Source: Raillietiella orientalis (taxonomy: Eukaryota). From it: a stretch of DNA of 64,000 bases. Position 1 is the stretch's first letter, and each line of letters starts with the position of its first letter. Where the stretch lies: assembly GCA_036172245.1 (NCBI GenBank), contig JAYWIR010000027.1, positions 930,001-994,000 of the forward strand, written 5' to 3'. Below, in pieces: positions 24,151-36,760 of this stretch. The notes beneath the pieces are model-generated. The model made no database searches. It saw only the letters and a program-made list of their open reading frames with translations, and was not told the DNA's origin. The position numbers were made by a program, and so were the translations under genes.

Positions 24151-25779
24151 GGAAGGCAGAGAGGCCGCTCGTGTCTCCACCTCGCCGAGGAGGTGAGGCG
24201 AAGGGAGGAGGGCGGGTGAGCGCGGAGAACTGTCGCCGAAGGAGTTCCCGAGAGGTTCGGTGGTCAGAGGTGGTCAGGAAGCGACATCTGTGCTGAGGGA
24301 TCCGAGAGGGCGAAAGTGTCAGGAGAGCGCCAGCAGGGTCTGCTCCCTGGGGGATCCTCAGAAGGCACGGGACCAGTCGGGACGGAGAGCTCCGAGCACT
24401 CGTGAGGATTCTGGGTCGAGCGGGCGGTGGGGCAGGAGTACCCTCTGGTCATGGTCGCGCCCCCGGCGCATCATCAATGGGAAAGCTGCTCTCCTCTCCC
24501 TCTGGCTGGAAGGGCGGGGTCTTCCTACAGTGTTCCGGGGCCTCTCGTCCCCCGACCCACTCCGGGGTCTTCAGCTGAAGAGGAGGATTTGTTTTCCGCG
24601 TGGAGGTGAGTGGGTGGGCACTCCTCTCACCCCTGCGCGTGGGGAGTGTCTCGCGCCAATCTACGTCGTGGGTGCCGAGGACGCAGCAGGCCGCTCCGAA
24701 ACCACACGACTTCGAGGACCGTGCGGCAGCTGCGCGTGCGCCGCCGTCCGAAACGGGGAGTCCGTTCCCGCGGCGCAGCAAGTCGGAAGTCACTCCTGGA
24801 TACTCCGCGTGCTCTAGAAAAACCCGGAGTCCCCGATCTGCGCCTCCCCCGTCCCGCCCTGCACCCCTCCCCTCGTTTTCGGTTCCGAGATCTTTCCTCA
24901 TGAGGAGGGAAGGGCGAACGAAAGCAGGGAAGGAGGCTGCTGCCTTCCCTGGATTGCCACGGAGACTATCCTCCCCTCAGAAGGGAGAGGGGGCACCCCC
25001 TTCATCCCTCCCGAGGGAGCCCTTATCCCTGGATCTAAAAGACTCATTCGCTTGGTCGGAGAGGGGGCGCCGGCGCGCCACCGCCGCGCTGCACCCGGCG
25101 CGCGCGCGAGGACTCGCCCTCTCCCGGAAGTGACGCGTCTCCCCTTCCCCTGCTGCACGTTGAGGCGTGTTTGTTTTCCTTAATGGGCCGTTTAGCGAGG
25201 GAAGCCCTGTGCGCGCGGGCCCGCACGGAATCTGGGCTGCGGAGAGAGCGGAGATGGGTGCTGCCGCTGCGGCCGCGCGCGCTCCTCCGCTCTCCCGGAG
25301 GCGACGGCGGCGGCGGCGGCGGCGGCGCGGCACCGGGGCGGAGGGCAATTTCCTCCTCCTGGCCCGACTTCCTGTTTTCCCATTCCGGCGGGTTTCCTGC
25401 TATCCGAATTCCCCCCTCGTTTCGATTCCGGTGATTGTCGGCGCGAACGTGACTAGAGGCCAAATTGACTTGGGACCCGCGTGACCCTTGCCGTGGGAAT
25501 CCAAGAGCACGTCTGAAAGATCACGATCGTGGGAGTGCTCTCGTGATAACAAGGTAATTGATTGTTTCGTCATTGGATACGGGCTAGGAGGACGCGCTGG
25601 CGAGCTTTTCTGCGCGCGCGAGCGCCAGCTGAGGAGGCGGGGGGGAGGCTCCCTCGGTCGCCGCGCTGAGCGTGCGCTCTTCTCTGGAGCGGCGACCTCC
25701 TTCCTCCCATCGTTCCCCGGCGAAGACGGTGGCGGACGCTGGAAGAGACGACGGCGGAGAAGGGAGGGAGGGAGGGGAG

Positions 25780-26300
25780 CCGGAAGGCGATGATCTTGTT
25801 GTTGCCGATGATGGCGGTGACGGTGTTGCTCATAAAGAACAGGTGGAGCAAAAGGTTGCTGATGATGATTTCCTGATGTTCATGATTGTGATGATGATGG
25901 TGATGCTATTGTTGATGCTGCTGTTGTTGACGATGATGATGACAACGAGGAAGAGGAGGAACATGAGAACAAGGATTTTGATGTGGTAAATGTCGGCCAT
26001 TGTGATGACAGTACTGGTGGTCTTGCTGCTTCTACCGCTGATGAGGAGGAGGAGGAAGAAGAGAGGAAGGAAGCTGATCTTCCCGATGTCCATGAGAACG
26101 CGGTTTGTCTTGTTTTTGTTTTTGTTTCTGCTGCTGTTGGTAGTGGTTATGATGATGACGCTGATGGCGACGACGATGATGATAAAGAGGAGAAGGAGAA
26201 GAAGGAAGTTGATCATTCCAATGTTCATAAGGATGCTGTTGGTCTTGTCGTTGGTGATGGTGGTGAGAGCAGGCAAAGGAAGAGAAGACGGAGACGGCAA
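25780..26300. repeat. Degenerate (GAT/GAG/GTT)n low-complexity tract with recurring higher-order block
   Basis: The block aggaagYtgatc.t.cc.atgt.cat recurs at ~26068 and ~26203, with a weaker copy near 25855. Confidence 0.8.
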
Positions 26301-26999
26301 GTGCCGTGAAACCGAATCGAACGGTGAGTGAGCCATCCGTGGTTTGCACGATGGGCAGAAGGAAGGGAAACTCTCTCAGTCCCTCCCCCTTCATCGAACG
26401 GCGAGGAGGAAAATCCTTGAATGGCTGTTGCGCCTTAATGAATTAGGGTGCAGCGGCGGTTCGTGGGGCACCCAGATTTCTTCGCGCGTGCCGCGTGCCT
26501 TGCAAATAGAAGGAGTTTCTTCCGGACAGTCTGGAAAAGATCCGTGGAAGGAGCACAGCGCGGGCTGTCCGCAAGAAGTGATAGCAACGACTTCTGCAGC
26601 GTTTGCGCAATGCAATTCTTTCTTCATTCTTCTTCCTCTCCTTTTTCCTTTCTTCCAGCAGACCTCAGTCGCAGCAGAAGAAGACACGAAAATTCGGACG
26701 TGCTAGGCCGCCGGGCGCTCCGTTTCCAATTCGAGACAAGGCGGCTTCGCCTGGAGGCGTGAGTCCTCAGCAGCCGGGTCAGGAGCCTTCAGGAGGGGAG
26801 GAGGGCTAAGCTGTGAACCACAGCTGCAGGCACCTCCTCACTGCCGAAGGTTGGGTTTTTCTTCCCTCCCCACTTCCCCATTGGGTCCTTTCTCATCGCT
26901 CCCTTCTGTTCCCCTCTACCTCTTCGACCCACGACCCCAGGGATATCCCTGGCGAATAGAGCAGGGCTAACAGAGTCCAGGGGCGCCAGGGAGGGAGGG

Positions 27000-27800
27000 G
27001 TGGTGAGTCGCCCGCTTCGCTCCAGGCCAGTTTCCCTGCTCCGGAGAAAGGCTCCTGGCTCCGGGAAGGGGGAGCCGAGTCAGTCGCCGGGCTTCGTGAC
27101 CCTTCCCCCCTAGCTTCCGGGTCGAACCCACGGCACCACCTGGCCGGGATCCCGAGGAGGGAGGTACTGCGAAGCGGCTTGGGGCAGCGATTCCTCGATC
27201 TCTCCCGGCGAAGGAAGCAGCATCCGAGAAGGGAAGCTGGAAAGGCACAGAGTTGGCTGCCAACTCCCAGCTCGTGAGGCCCGGACAGACCGTCGCTTGG
27301 ATCCTCGCGGCAGCTTCGGTTCCTCGAAGGCCGACTGCAGGGGGCACGGGCTACTGGAGTCTCTCCTTCGGGAGCCACTGGCATCGTTTCGGGACTCTCT
27401 TTCGGAGCTTTCCGGGTTCACTCGCAGTGAGTGTCCGTAGCGAGTGGTCCAAACTCGGGTCCTCGGAAGAGATCGACCGAGTCAGTCAGTTTATCGGATG
27501 CCCCAGGGTCAGAAAAGCTCGCCTCTCGCGTCTTGCTACGCGCGACCCGTTTCTCCTTGCGATGCAGCCGCTGGCGTGTGACCTTAGCAGCGTGCACTGC
27601 CCGAAGTCCCTCCAGCTCTGGGGAGACAACTTGTGGTGAAGCGAGCCTCCACCACAAGATGTGCGGGGCTCATCACCTCCACATCTTGGGGGGGAGGGGG
27701 GATCGGAGGAAGGACGTCTTGACGGAGTTTTATCGATGTCTCTCGGCAAAGCGGACGACCCTGCTGAACAAGCTGACCACGCTGACTGGAGACAGACGCA
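27000..27800 (-). mobile_element. Decayed LINE ORF2 3' relic
   Basis: TSCGGGSL (~GGLGL) followed by LTSWELAANSVP (~W.LAHNALP). Confidence 0.3.
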
Positions 27801-27949
27801 AGGTGTCCACCTCCCTTCGATCAGCCAGAGTAGGTGTCTCCCCCCCCATTCCACTGGAGGGGAGGTCACGGAATGTGGGCACCTGCAATAGTTCGCCATT
27901 GTAGATGCGGACGCCAAGCTGCGCAGCTGGACCATGAATCGAGAGCTCC

Positions 27950-28490
27950 TGGGGAGTTTTGGGGGATCCCATCCTTCTCTGGAGAGTTGACATCGCCGAA
28001 TCGAAGGTCCTCCGAGGGATTCCTTCGCCGGACTGAAACTCCAGGACCTCTTTGGGAGTTCGCTCCCGTCATCAGCACTTGTGACTTCGGCTCCAGAGAA
28101 GCTCCGACCCTCTCCCGTAGAAGAACCCTCTCACGCGCTGCAACCTTAGGAGCCCTCTATCCTCCTCCGAGACAACTCCGGGAGGCAAGAACAACCCTGT
28201 CCCAGGACAGTCGGAGATGGGAACAACGCTTGGTTGCCTCCCTATCCCTGGGCCTGCGGCTTCCGCAGGTGAGTCGATACGCTCCTCACGTCTCCACGGG
28301 GGTCATTTAGTGGGTAGCCATGGCACTTCTGTGAGCACCCTCCTCGAGACCTGGCGGATGGGTCGCATCAGGAGCATTGCGACCTGACCTTGGGTTCCTC
28401 CTGAAAAGCCAGTTCTGCTTACCGGAATGACTCACTGGTGGTTTTCGTGGGTCCGACGATCCGAGCTGCAAGCGGATTTCGAATTTGAGG
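27950..28490 (-). repeat. Highly diverged member of the SINE-like family
   Basis: gccagttctgcttaccggaatga resembles the family segment gccagttctgcacccg. Similar subrepeat texture. Confidence 0.35.
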
Positions 28491-28749
28491 TCGTTTTGAT
28501 CCCACAGCCTATATTCATTCTCCTTACAGGTCAAGTGTTTCCTTTTCCCTCTGCCTAAACAGCTATTCTGAAGGAAACATCAGAGGAAACCTCTACTAGA
28601 AGGTTCGATTCGTCTTTCGCCCCTAATCCCAATCTTTTCCCTCTCTGCACGTTAAGGTCACTCCTGACTTTCACCCGAATTCCCTCTGACTCTGTGCTGG
28701 CAAGGTGTAGTTCCACTCGCCTTTGGGGTCTCAGCGGACAGAGTTGACC

Positions 28750-31700
28750 TGTTCCTAGCAGAATGATGGATTGGGTTGCGTCGGGCGGTGACGGGAATCC
28801 TGGATTCCTCTCAGGTCAGGGACAGGGAAACAGCGGAAAAGCGAACGCTTCGCCTGTACAGATACTAAAATTGGAACGTTAGGAGCTCTCGTGACTGCGA
28901 TGCACTCGCAAGAAGCGCCCAGTCGGAAGCTTCCTCTAAAGTTTCTGGTGCGCATCCGTCTTCTTGGCCTATCTGCGCGCCCCAGATGGCGCTGATTAAT
29001 TTCAGCCTCAGATGCTACCACGTGTGCGCTGTGCCTGGTCGTTGCGGCGCGGCGTGAGCCCCTCAATCCTCAGCACTTTGAGTTGGTGCTGACGGAAACT
29101 GGAAATGGAGATCTTGCCGAGCTCGCGCCCGGCACGCGTGACGCGTCCATCTACGACGGCGTCCGCTACCCAAGTCCTCTCCTCCCGTCCGTCAAGGAGC
29201 GACCGTGCTTGGCAGCAGGACGAAACGGTCATCGATCCCCCGTAGGTGTGGCGTGGACTGTGCAGCCGAGGGATCCCGTGGACTAGAAGACACCACTGCA
29301 CACGAGGACACCATTGCTCGAATCCGTGACCTGAGCCGGGTGTGGTGAGGTTCTGCGATCTTACCCGCGTGTGTTGGTGGAGCGGTCACTCCCCGGCGGG
29401 CGACCAGGAGGCGATCCTTCCTGCCGCGACCATAGCAGCCCATTTCCTCTTCCTCAGGAGCGTGGCGGTAGACAAATACCACGCCGGCCATCAAGAATGC
29501 CGTTTTCGCCGCATCCCCTTTCGTTGGCACCACCTGGGATGCACCTGTGAAGACATGAGAAGCAACAGAGAGAGGGTGGAGTGGACGCCAGGGAGTCCGC
29601 TGCGAGGGATAAGAGTCTCCTTTTGACCCTTGCAGCGGCCAGAAAAGAAAGAAAGTTCCTCCTTTCTTTCATTTTGTTTTTTTAATCCGCCTCTTATTTT
29701 TCCCTGAGTGGACCTCTCTGGGCGGAGTTTCCGCTAACTCCCTCCTGGAGACTTGACCAGATGCAGTGGGGCTCGCGGCCCAACTGCCCACGAAGGTCTT
29801 TTGGAAGCGCGACTTGCTCGCTTGTGAATGTGTTTTCACGATAGACACTCCTGCAACAGTAGGTGAAAGCAGAAGTTGCATGCCCATTGCTGGATAGGGA
29901 GGAGCAGAATAGGTTCGAGAATGGGAGGAGGGGGAGAAAGGGGTTCCCGCTTCATGGCAACGCTTCCGGGCCCGCCGAAGCGATCGGCCGTTCAAATCCA
30001 CAGTGGCGCTCTAGCGCTTCCGTTTTCCATCCCGGACGTTTGACTCCTGTGACCGGGGCCCCACAGCGCCGAATGACTCCCCCTATTCCAGGAAATCACA
30101 GGCTGGAAGGGTTGACCCGAGCACACTCTGAAATCATCCCGCTTCCCGAAAATACGCAAAAGTAACGGGTCCTTGCGAACCTATTCAAACCTGTGATGGA
30201 TCCACACGGACGCTGGTGGAACTCTTCAAGCTTGGATGAGCCTACGCGAGCTGCGATGAACGCATGCGGTCCCGCAATTCTCAACGTGACCGTCACCACC
30301 GTTGACCCCCTGCATCCTGCTTTTCCCCGGCAACAGCAAAAAGCAAGGAGACTGTCAGCGGACTGCGATGCTCACGCCCTCTCTGCCGCTTCCCGCTGAT
30401 CCACCTGGTCATCTGAAGCGACTCCCACGCAAGCACCATGGTTTCTTTGCTGACAACCAAGCGGAAACCTCGATGACATCACAGTCACCGCACGCATGGT
30501 GACGAGCCGGTGTGCAGCCGCGCGACTACTCGTCGGCTGGAGATCCTAAACGTGGACCCCCTCCTTTTTGCCTCGAAAGCTCTCTGGACGCGCCCGCGCA
30601 GCATTCTGGGAAAGGTCTCTTAGTCGCCTCAAGAGCACAGCTCCCGGCGAAGTCGAGGTCCTTCCTTTCGAGGTCACCCTGATGACTCACCGAGTATGAG
30701 GGATGTGGTCTCTGCGAGCAGCTCGGCGGCCCTCGCGGAAGGGAGACTGGGGAATGGCGGGGCCTCCCGAGGCGGTCCACCCCGAGGAGGGCCGACGCCA
30801 ACGCGTCTACCACAGGAGAGTCTCCTCCTAAAGACTTCGGTGACTCCATGCGTGGAGGGCTTGGTTTCTCATTCGCCTGATCCTTCCCGGGACGCGCGCT
30901 CCCGGATGGATCGGGTCGGGGAGAAACCACCTTCGGGATCGGGTGGGAAAGTCGCCAGGACGCCGGCGGCAAGCGGGCCTCGAAGACCCCTTCGAAGGCG
31001 CTGAGGAAAGGGCGCTCAGAGGAAAGGTGACGAAGGGTGAGAAGAAACCCATGCGCGGATTCGACCCCCTCCCCACTCTCGAAGGTTCCCCTTTCCCCTT
31101 TCGCTTTACTATCCTGCCTCGTCCGACGACTCCCGGGACAGCCAGCAGGGACTCCTCCTCAAAGGAGCCCCCGTCGTCGATGCCGGAAGTTCGTCAAGGT
31201 CTCTGGATGCCCACCCTCCCTCCACAGCGGGAGGCGGGACACAACACCCCCACTTTTGAATCGTGCAGACGCTGCCCTTCGTCGCACTCTGGCGCGCCCG
31301 CTCCTCCCTCACCGCAGCTCATCGCCAGGTCAAAACGTCACTCCTCCTACTGCCTCTTTCCATCTACGCTCAAGTCCCTCTACCCTGGGACGACCGGGTC
31401 ACGTGACCGGAGGCAGGAGGGAGAGGGACGCTGCAGCTTCCACAGCAGCAAGGCTCTCTACTCGCATCCCGACCTCCTTCCTTCTCCTCCCTCTGCCGAA
31501 GAACCCTTTGCAGTCGAGCGCTCCCCGTTCCAGAAGGCGGACGGGTGTCTTCCCGTCGACCGCGGGACGCACCCGACTGGAAGAGAAGCTCTGGCCACGG
31601 GACGCTCGTAGTGCGATGATCCACGGACCCAGGGAGGTCACCACCGCCATACTCTCCCGTGATGCGGTCCAGATGGATCGCCTCGAACTCGTGGGGCTCG

Positions 31701-31800
31701 CTTCCAGCTGCCCACCCTGTCTTCCAGAGGTCGTCCTCTGGCACGTGCCTTTAAGGGAAAACTGGGCTGCCAGGAAACAGCTGTAAGGAAGGGGAAGATT
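28750..31800 (+). mobile_element. Decayed LINE relic (ORF1-like, endonuclease-like and RT-start remnants)
   Basis: Eroded motifs in LINE order: YHAGHQEC (knuckle-like), EIIPLPEN (~DII.LQET), SGNLDD (~GGDFN), KADGCLP (~PGPDGLP). Confidence 0.3.
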
Positions 31801-31849
31801 CCTTGCACTTTCTTGCCCTCGAACCCTCTGGACGAGTTATCGCAGATAG

Positions 31850-34500
31850 CTATCTGTGATCACTCGAAGTGAGGAGGGGCAACGTTGCCTCCTTGCAGGT
31901 GCGGGAGCGAACGAGAGTGCGGGTCATGTTCGCTTGCTCTCGTGCTGTGGTGCAGAAGAGTGTTGCTAGGGACAACCCCAACGCGGCAGCAGAACCTGCA
32001 GGTGCTGCTGCTTGAGAGGAGGTGTGAATCCATTCGTGAGGGCTCCAAGAGTCTCCGTGGGGGTCCTGTTCGGGTCTTCCATAGGGATTTTGACAGAGGT
32101 CGGTCTCACGGAGTCGTCTTTTAGGACGGACCCTTGGCGCCGCTGCCATCGGCGTGTTGTCTCGCCGTCCAATCGGCAGTCAGGCTGCCCTCAGACTTCC
32201 TCCGCGTGCGCGTACGAGGTCTGCGGTGCTGACTATCTCTTGGATGGATCCCTTGAGAGATGCGCTTGATGCCGAGGTCACCCATGACCATCTCTGCATT
32301 CTCAGGAGCGACCGGAGGAGCTCGCTCAGAGCTTCCGCGCATCTTCCATTCTCCTGATGGGGTACGCAAGCGTTCTTCAGGCAGGAAGGAAACCTCCAGG
32401 ACCATGGCGTCCCGGCACCGACCATCCTGTCTTTCTGAGGCATCAGTGACTCCATGAAGACCTTCTTGTACTCGACGCCGTCGCTGGTTGGCAGCTGAGC
32501 ACTCAGCTTATCCTGGAGATCCTGTCTGGTGCGTCATTCCCTGTCTGCCGGAGGCGCATCGCATGGTGCTGCCCGGTCATCCACGAGTTTCTCCCCCGTT
32601 TCCTTGGGTGAGCACATTCCTTCGTACCCCAGAACGCGATCCTGATGCTTCCTACTGTGTTGCCATGGAATCCATGGGGTCATGTGTAGCCATGGAAGCC
32701 CGTTGAGAAAGCGCCATTCGTGGGAGGGGACGCCTCTCTTTTTACAGGTGCCATCCGTCCCTCAGTGTACCGTTTCCTCATGCTCGCCTCCCCCCTTTGC
32801 TTGCTTTTCCTATCTTTTCTGGGCGGCGCAGCACTCTTCGGCAGTTCTTCCTGTACAGCTTCCGCAGCGTGTCCTGCGTGCCTGCACCCCCTTGGGATTC
32901 GAATCTCTCTAGCCCCCCACTTCCTGCTGGTGTGGTGCTCGAGTCTGATCCAGCTTAGAGGCTGCCCTCTCCTTTTCTTTTGCAACGGCTCCGATATAAG
33001 GCGCAGACCTCTCCGGACTTCCACCCTCTTCCTCTGTCGGCGGTCGTCCAGATGGAACCTTGCAGCTGGTTGCGGAGCAGGTAGAAAGCGCCCCCGGTTT
33101 CTGGCCATCCTCGCGGCTTCCCGGACGGGTCCCTCGTGTGCCTTCCTGCTTCCCGTCGTCCTCGCTGCCCGCCTTTGCACCTCCTCGGAACCTCCGACGT
33201 CACGGCTTTACTGCAGCTTCTCGACCTTCCCATCCCGCTTCCCTCCTCCTCCTGCGGCTCGTCTAAGAGCTTCCCTGCGGGGTTTCGAGCTGCCGCGCCC
33301 CTTGGTGCTCTGCGGAGGCGGCGGCAACTCCCTGAGGATCAGACTGCGGGTGGCGCCTCGTCTGTCCGCAGTCGGACATGGAGCACAGGAAGCACGGTAA
33401 GTAGCCAGGCACGCCTCCTGGACATCTCACGTGAGCGGGAAGGGCGGCGACCGGGCACCACGAGATAGCCGGCCGCCTTTGCCCTGAGCGCGACAGGGGA
33501 TGGGCGGGCGGGTGCCTCCGAGTTTGCTGCGCAGGCCGCTACCCTTTTCAAACCGGGACACGAGGCGCATTCCTCTTTTGGCTAACTCCTCCCGGGCACG
33601 GATGAAAGGGTGGGAGGCAGTTCTAAGGCATGTCTTCTAAGAAACCCGAACCCCTCCGGGTCTTCTCTTTGCCCCTTTCCGGGTAGGAGGAAAGGGGCGA
33701 AGAGAGCACCCCGACCGAGGCCGTGACTTGCCCTCCTTCCCTCGCGCCGGGACAGCTTGTGGGTCAGCTGCGCCGCCCAGCTCGTGCGGCAGGTGTCCCG
33801 GCTCGGCGTGCAGGATGCGGCTTTGGTCGAGTTCATGCGGACTCTTCCGGGAGGGGGAGCTGTCGAAGGCGCTTTTCTTCAGTGCCGACATGACTCCCCT
33901 CTCCCCGTGCTGAGGAAAAGACTTCCCGTGGTGCCTCTGGCGGTTTCGAAGCTAATCCCGAGAAGGCAGCTCATCCATCTTGGCGAGAATCTTTTAGAAA
34001 GATGGCTTAGGGAGCTGTCTTCAGGTCACTGAGGCCTGGCGGAGTAGGTGGAGGGTCCGTGCACTTGTGCGCTACAGTCATCTCCTGAAAGTCCACGTCC
34101 TGTCTGTGCGCGAAGGTGCATCTCTCGCGCTGGACGGTTCCTGATCTCCCCGGATTTCACACTCTGGGGAAGGATTTTTCAAATCGTGTGACCCGATGTC
34201 GCCAACTTCTTCGATAGGGTGGGTGGGCTTCGAGGGCACCGGAGGCAGCAACTTCCGTGCGAGTTCTCCGCCGCCTCCGCAGGCGTGTCCTGATGCCTAG
34301 CTGCAGCAACTTACCTCGGCTGGTCTACCTCCACTGCGGCCCCGAACACGACTGGGGTGCCCTCGGCTTCGTGCTCTCCTAAAATCTTCCGAGCAGACGA
34401 GTGCGCTACCCTCGGCCGCAGGGTGGACGGAGGAGAGAACAAGTCTCATTGCTGACTTTCCAAGGGTAAGTGGAGTCACCCTGGGCGCAGATCACCTCGA
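31850..34500 (-). mobile_element. Decayed, interrupted L1/Tx1-like ORF2 (RT to zinc knuckle)
   Basis: In order: HPIEEV...KNPSP, F*KILAK, SALKKSAFDS (~LD.EKAFD), MPQKDRMVG (~P..DGGLG), TCKEATL/PHFE (knuckle). Confidence 0.5.
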
Positions 34501-35044
34501 AGCCAGGAGTGACCCTCGGCATCCGTTCGTCTTTCTGTTCACCGTCCCCTCCCGACTAGGATGCGCACTTCGTAGCCGAGCCTTGGCTTCTCTCTCCCCA
34601 TTCGTCCTTTCTCTTCCAGGAGACTGGTAGGACTGTTGTGGCCTCTCTGCTTGGCGTGATTGCTTCCCCTGCTCCCCTATTGCATAGGAAGGAAAGGCTC
34701 GAGTGGAGGAGCCATAAAAGAGGCGGTGGGATGCGATGGCCGTTGCTGCTGATCCTCCCATCTGGTGCCCGCGTGTGGAACTAAGCCTCCCACTCCCGTG
34801 AAGTGTCCGCTCGCTGGAGCCAGCCGTCCGGTTTCTATTTCCCCTCTGGATGGTTCCCAAATGCAGACCTACTCCTCGCTCGCTGTCTTATCGGCCACCA
34901 TATGTCCCGAGTCCTTGCGCTTTACCCCCTCCCTGGCGTCTCCACCCGGAACCAAGGCGGGGGTGTTGTATCCGCAGCGCCGCTTGTCCTCGGGAGCCAC
35001 GACAGTCGAAGGACGACTCCACCTGGCCCCTTCCAAGTGCCGGA

Positions 35045-35531
35045 GAGGAGACACGGTGGGTGTGTCCTGCGCTTTCTTCGGGAGACTTTGAAGTCTGTGG
35101 CGGTCCCGAAAGAGCTTAGGTTCCTCCGCCTAGCTTCTTCTGCCGCCGAGGCTGCAGACGAGTTTCCCTTGCGGTTCACACCGAATGGCCTCGGTCGCAG
35201 CACTCTTTTTGCCCAAATTATCTCCTTCCTCTTCTTCTTTCTCTTTTCCTTCTTCTTCTTCTTCCTCCTCGTCTTCTTTTTTCTTTTTTTTTTCTTGCAG
35301 GAATGCTAGGAATTCTTTCACGTTTCTCGTTCCAACGAACTTCCGAGGAGAGACCTCTCCAGCGTCAATTTTGCTTAATGTCCAGTTCCATCGCCCGGGG
35401 ATCAGGTCCCTGTGCGATCGAGGTGGTTCTTGCCTGCCGTTTATCGCGGCGCGACTCTGGGCGCTTTCGGGACCGCCTCCGTCTTCAAAGTCTTCCGAAG
35501 AAAGCGCAGGACACACCCACCGCGTCTCCTC
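35045..35531. repeat. 68-bp inverted repeat pair (35045-35112 / 35464-35531)
   Basis: The arms are reverse complements with 5 mismatches counted by eye. The spacer contains a CT tract. Confidence 0.9.
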
Positions 35532-36325
35532 GCCATCCCCGGAAGGGTCAGCGGCTGCCGTGACGCTCTCGCACGGCCCATAGAACCTTCCCGAAAGTCG
35601 GAGAAGGTCTGGCCCCTAGAGGGAAGGGAGTCCGGTATCTCGGCCGAGAGTCCCCCGTTCTGAGCTGCAGCTGCTATTGCTGCTGCATTCAGAGTCCCCC
35701 CTCCTGCAGTTTCGCGTGGTGCGTGAGGATGCTGCCACCCTCTCGCTTGACACTTCTGGAGGCGGAGACGCTCTACGAGGCGGAGGTCTCCGCGCGCAGG
35801 CACCCCCCTTCTGGGTGAGGCCAGCCGAGCATCTCCCTCGTCCGGCGTCTCGCTTGCCTTCCCGAGGCGAGTAGCCTTCGCCCTCTCCTCTCCGGAAGAA
35901 GCCACGCGGGAGAGGCAGGGGGATCGTCCGGATGGAGACCAGCTTCCCCAAGTTTACCTGTCCTCCCCCCTCTCTCTCTTCGGAGAGGAACATCGAGCTG
36001 GAAAGAGGACAGCGAGGGTGGGAGCGGCGAAGTCAGGAAGCCGGGAAACCTCGAGTGTGGGGGGAAGCTCTGAGGGACATCGAGAGCAGCCTTCCCCCAC
36101 TCAGCGAAACAGGGACCGCCCATCCGATGAGTATCCAGGCCAGCAGAAGAGGGCCGTCTCCGGAAACGCCTGTAGCCCGGCGTCTCGATCGACCCGCGTC
36201 CGCGCGAGAGCAACGAATCCGGCGTGCACTCGTCGCTGTCGCGTAACCTCGTCCTGAAAGGGAGGCCGCGTCGTCAGGCCCGCCAGGAGCTGCAGGAGCG
36301 CGCGAAAGAAAAAGGAGGAGCGGCT

Positions 36326-36760
36326 GGAACCGTGCCTTTCGCCTCGCATAAGACCCATAGCGCCAGTTCGCGCGAATACTGTCGGGTCGACGGCACCCTA
36401 CGAGGACTGCGCATCCCGCAACCCGGCGCGGAATAGCTCAGCGAGATGAAGAAGGTCTCGCGCAGCATCCCGCGCTGCAAGCGCAGACGCACCGGCAAGA
36501 CATCCTCCGGGAGAGAGAAGCCACCGTCGAAGTACCGGAAGAGAATGGACGCGCCGGAATTGGACCCGGAAGACGCGGCAACCAACTCCTTCGGGACCGG
36601 AGTCCTCCTCCCGCTTCCATCTCCAGCGGAGGGTTCCCCCCGCCCCCGCCCTCGGATCGCACGGACCCCGCGAGGACGTCGCGCCCACGAACTGCGCCGC
36701 GGGATGCTGGCGACCGTGCCCAACGCAGGTACACCGGGACGTGGGGGCAGCAGCGCCGCT
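36326..36760 (+). pseudogene. Decayed coding-like repeat, paralog of ~43900-44353 and 50809-51085; possible PIF/Harbinger-type (DDE_Tnp_4) transposase relic
   Basis: Nucleotide and peptide similarity among the copies is clear. The transposase call rests only on NIVG/VDGTLR.LRIP...HSI and GRR.H...ML motifs. Confidence 0.35.
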
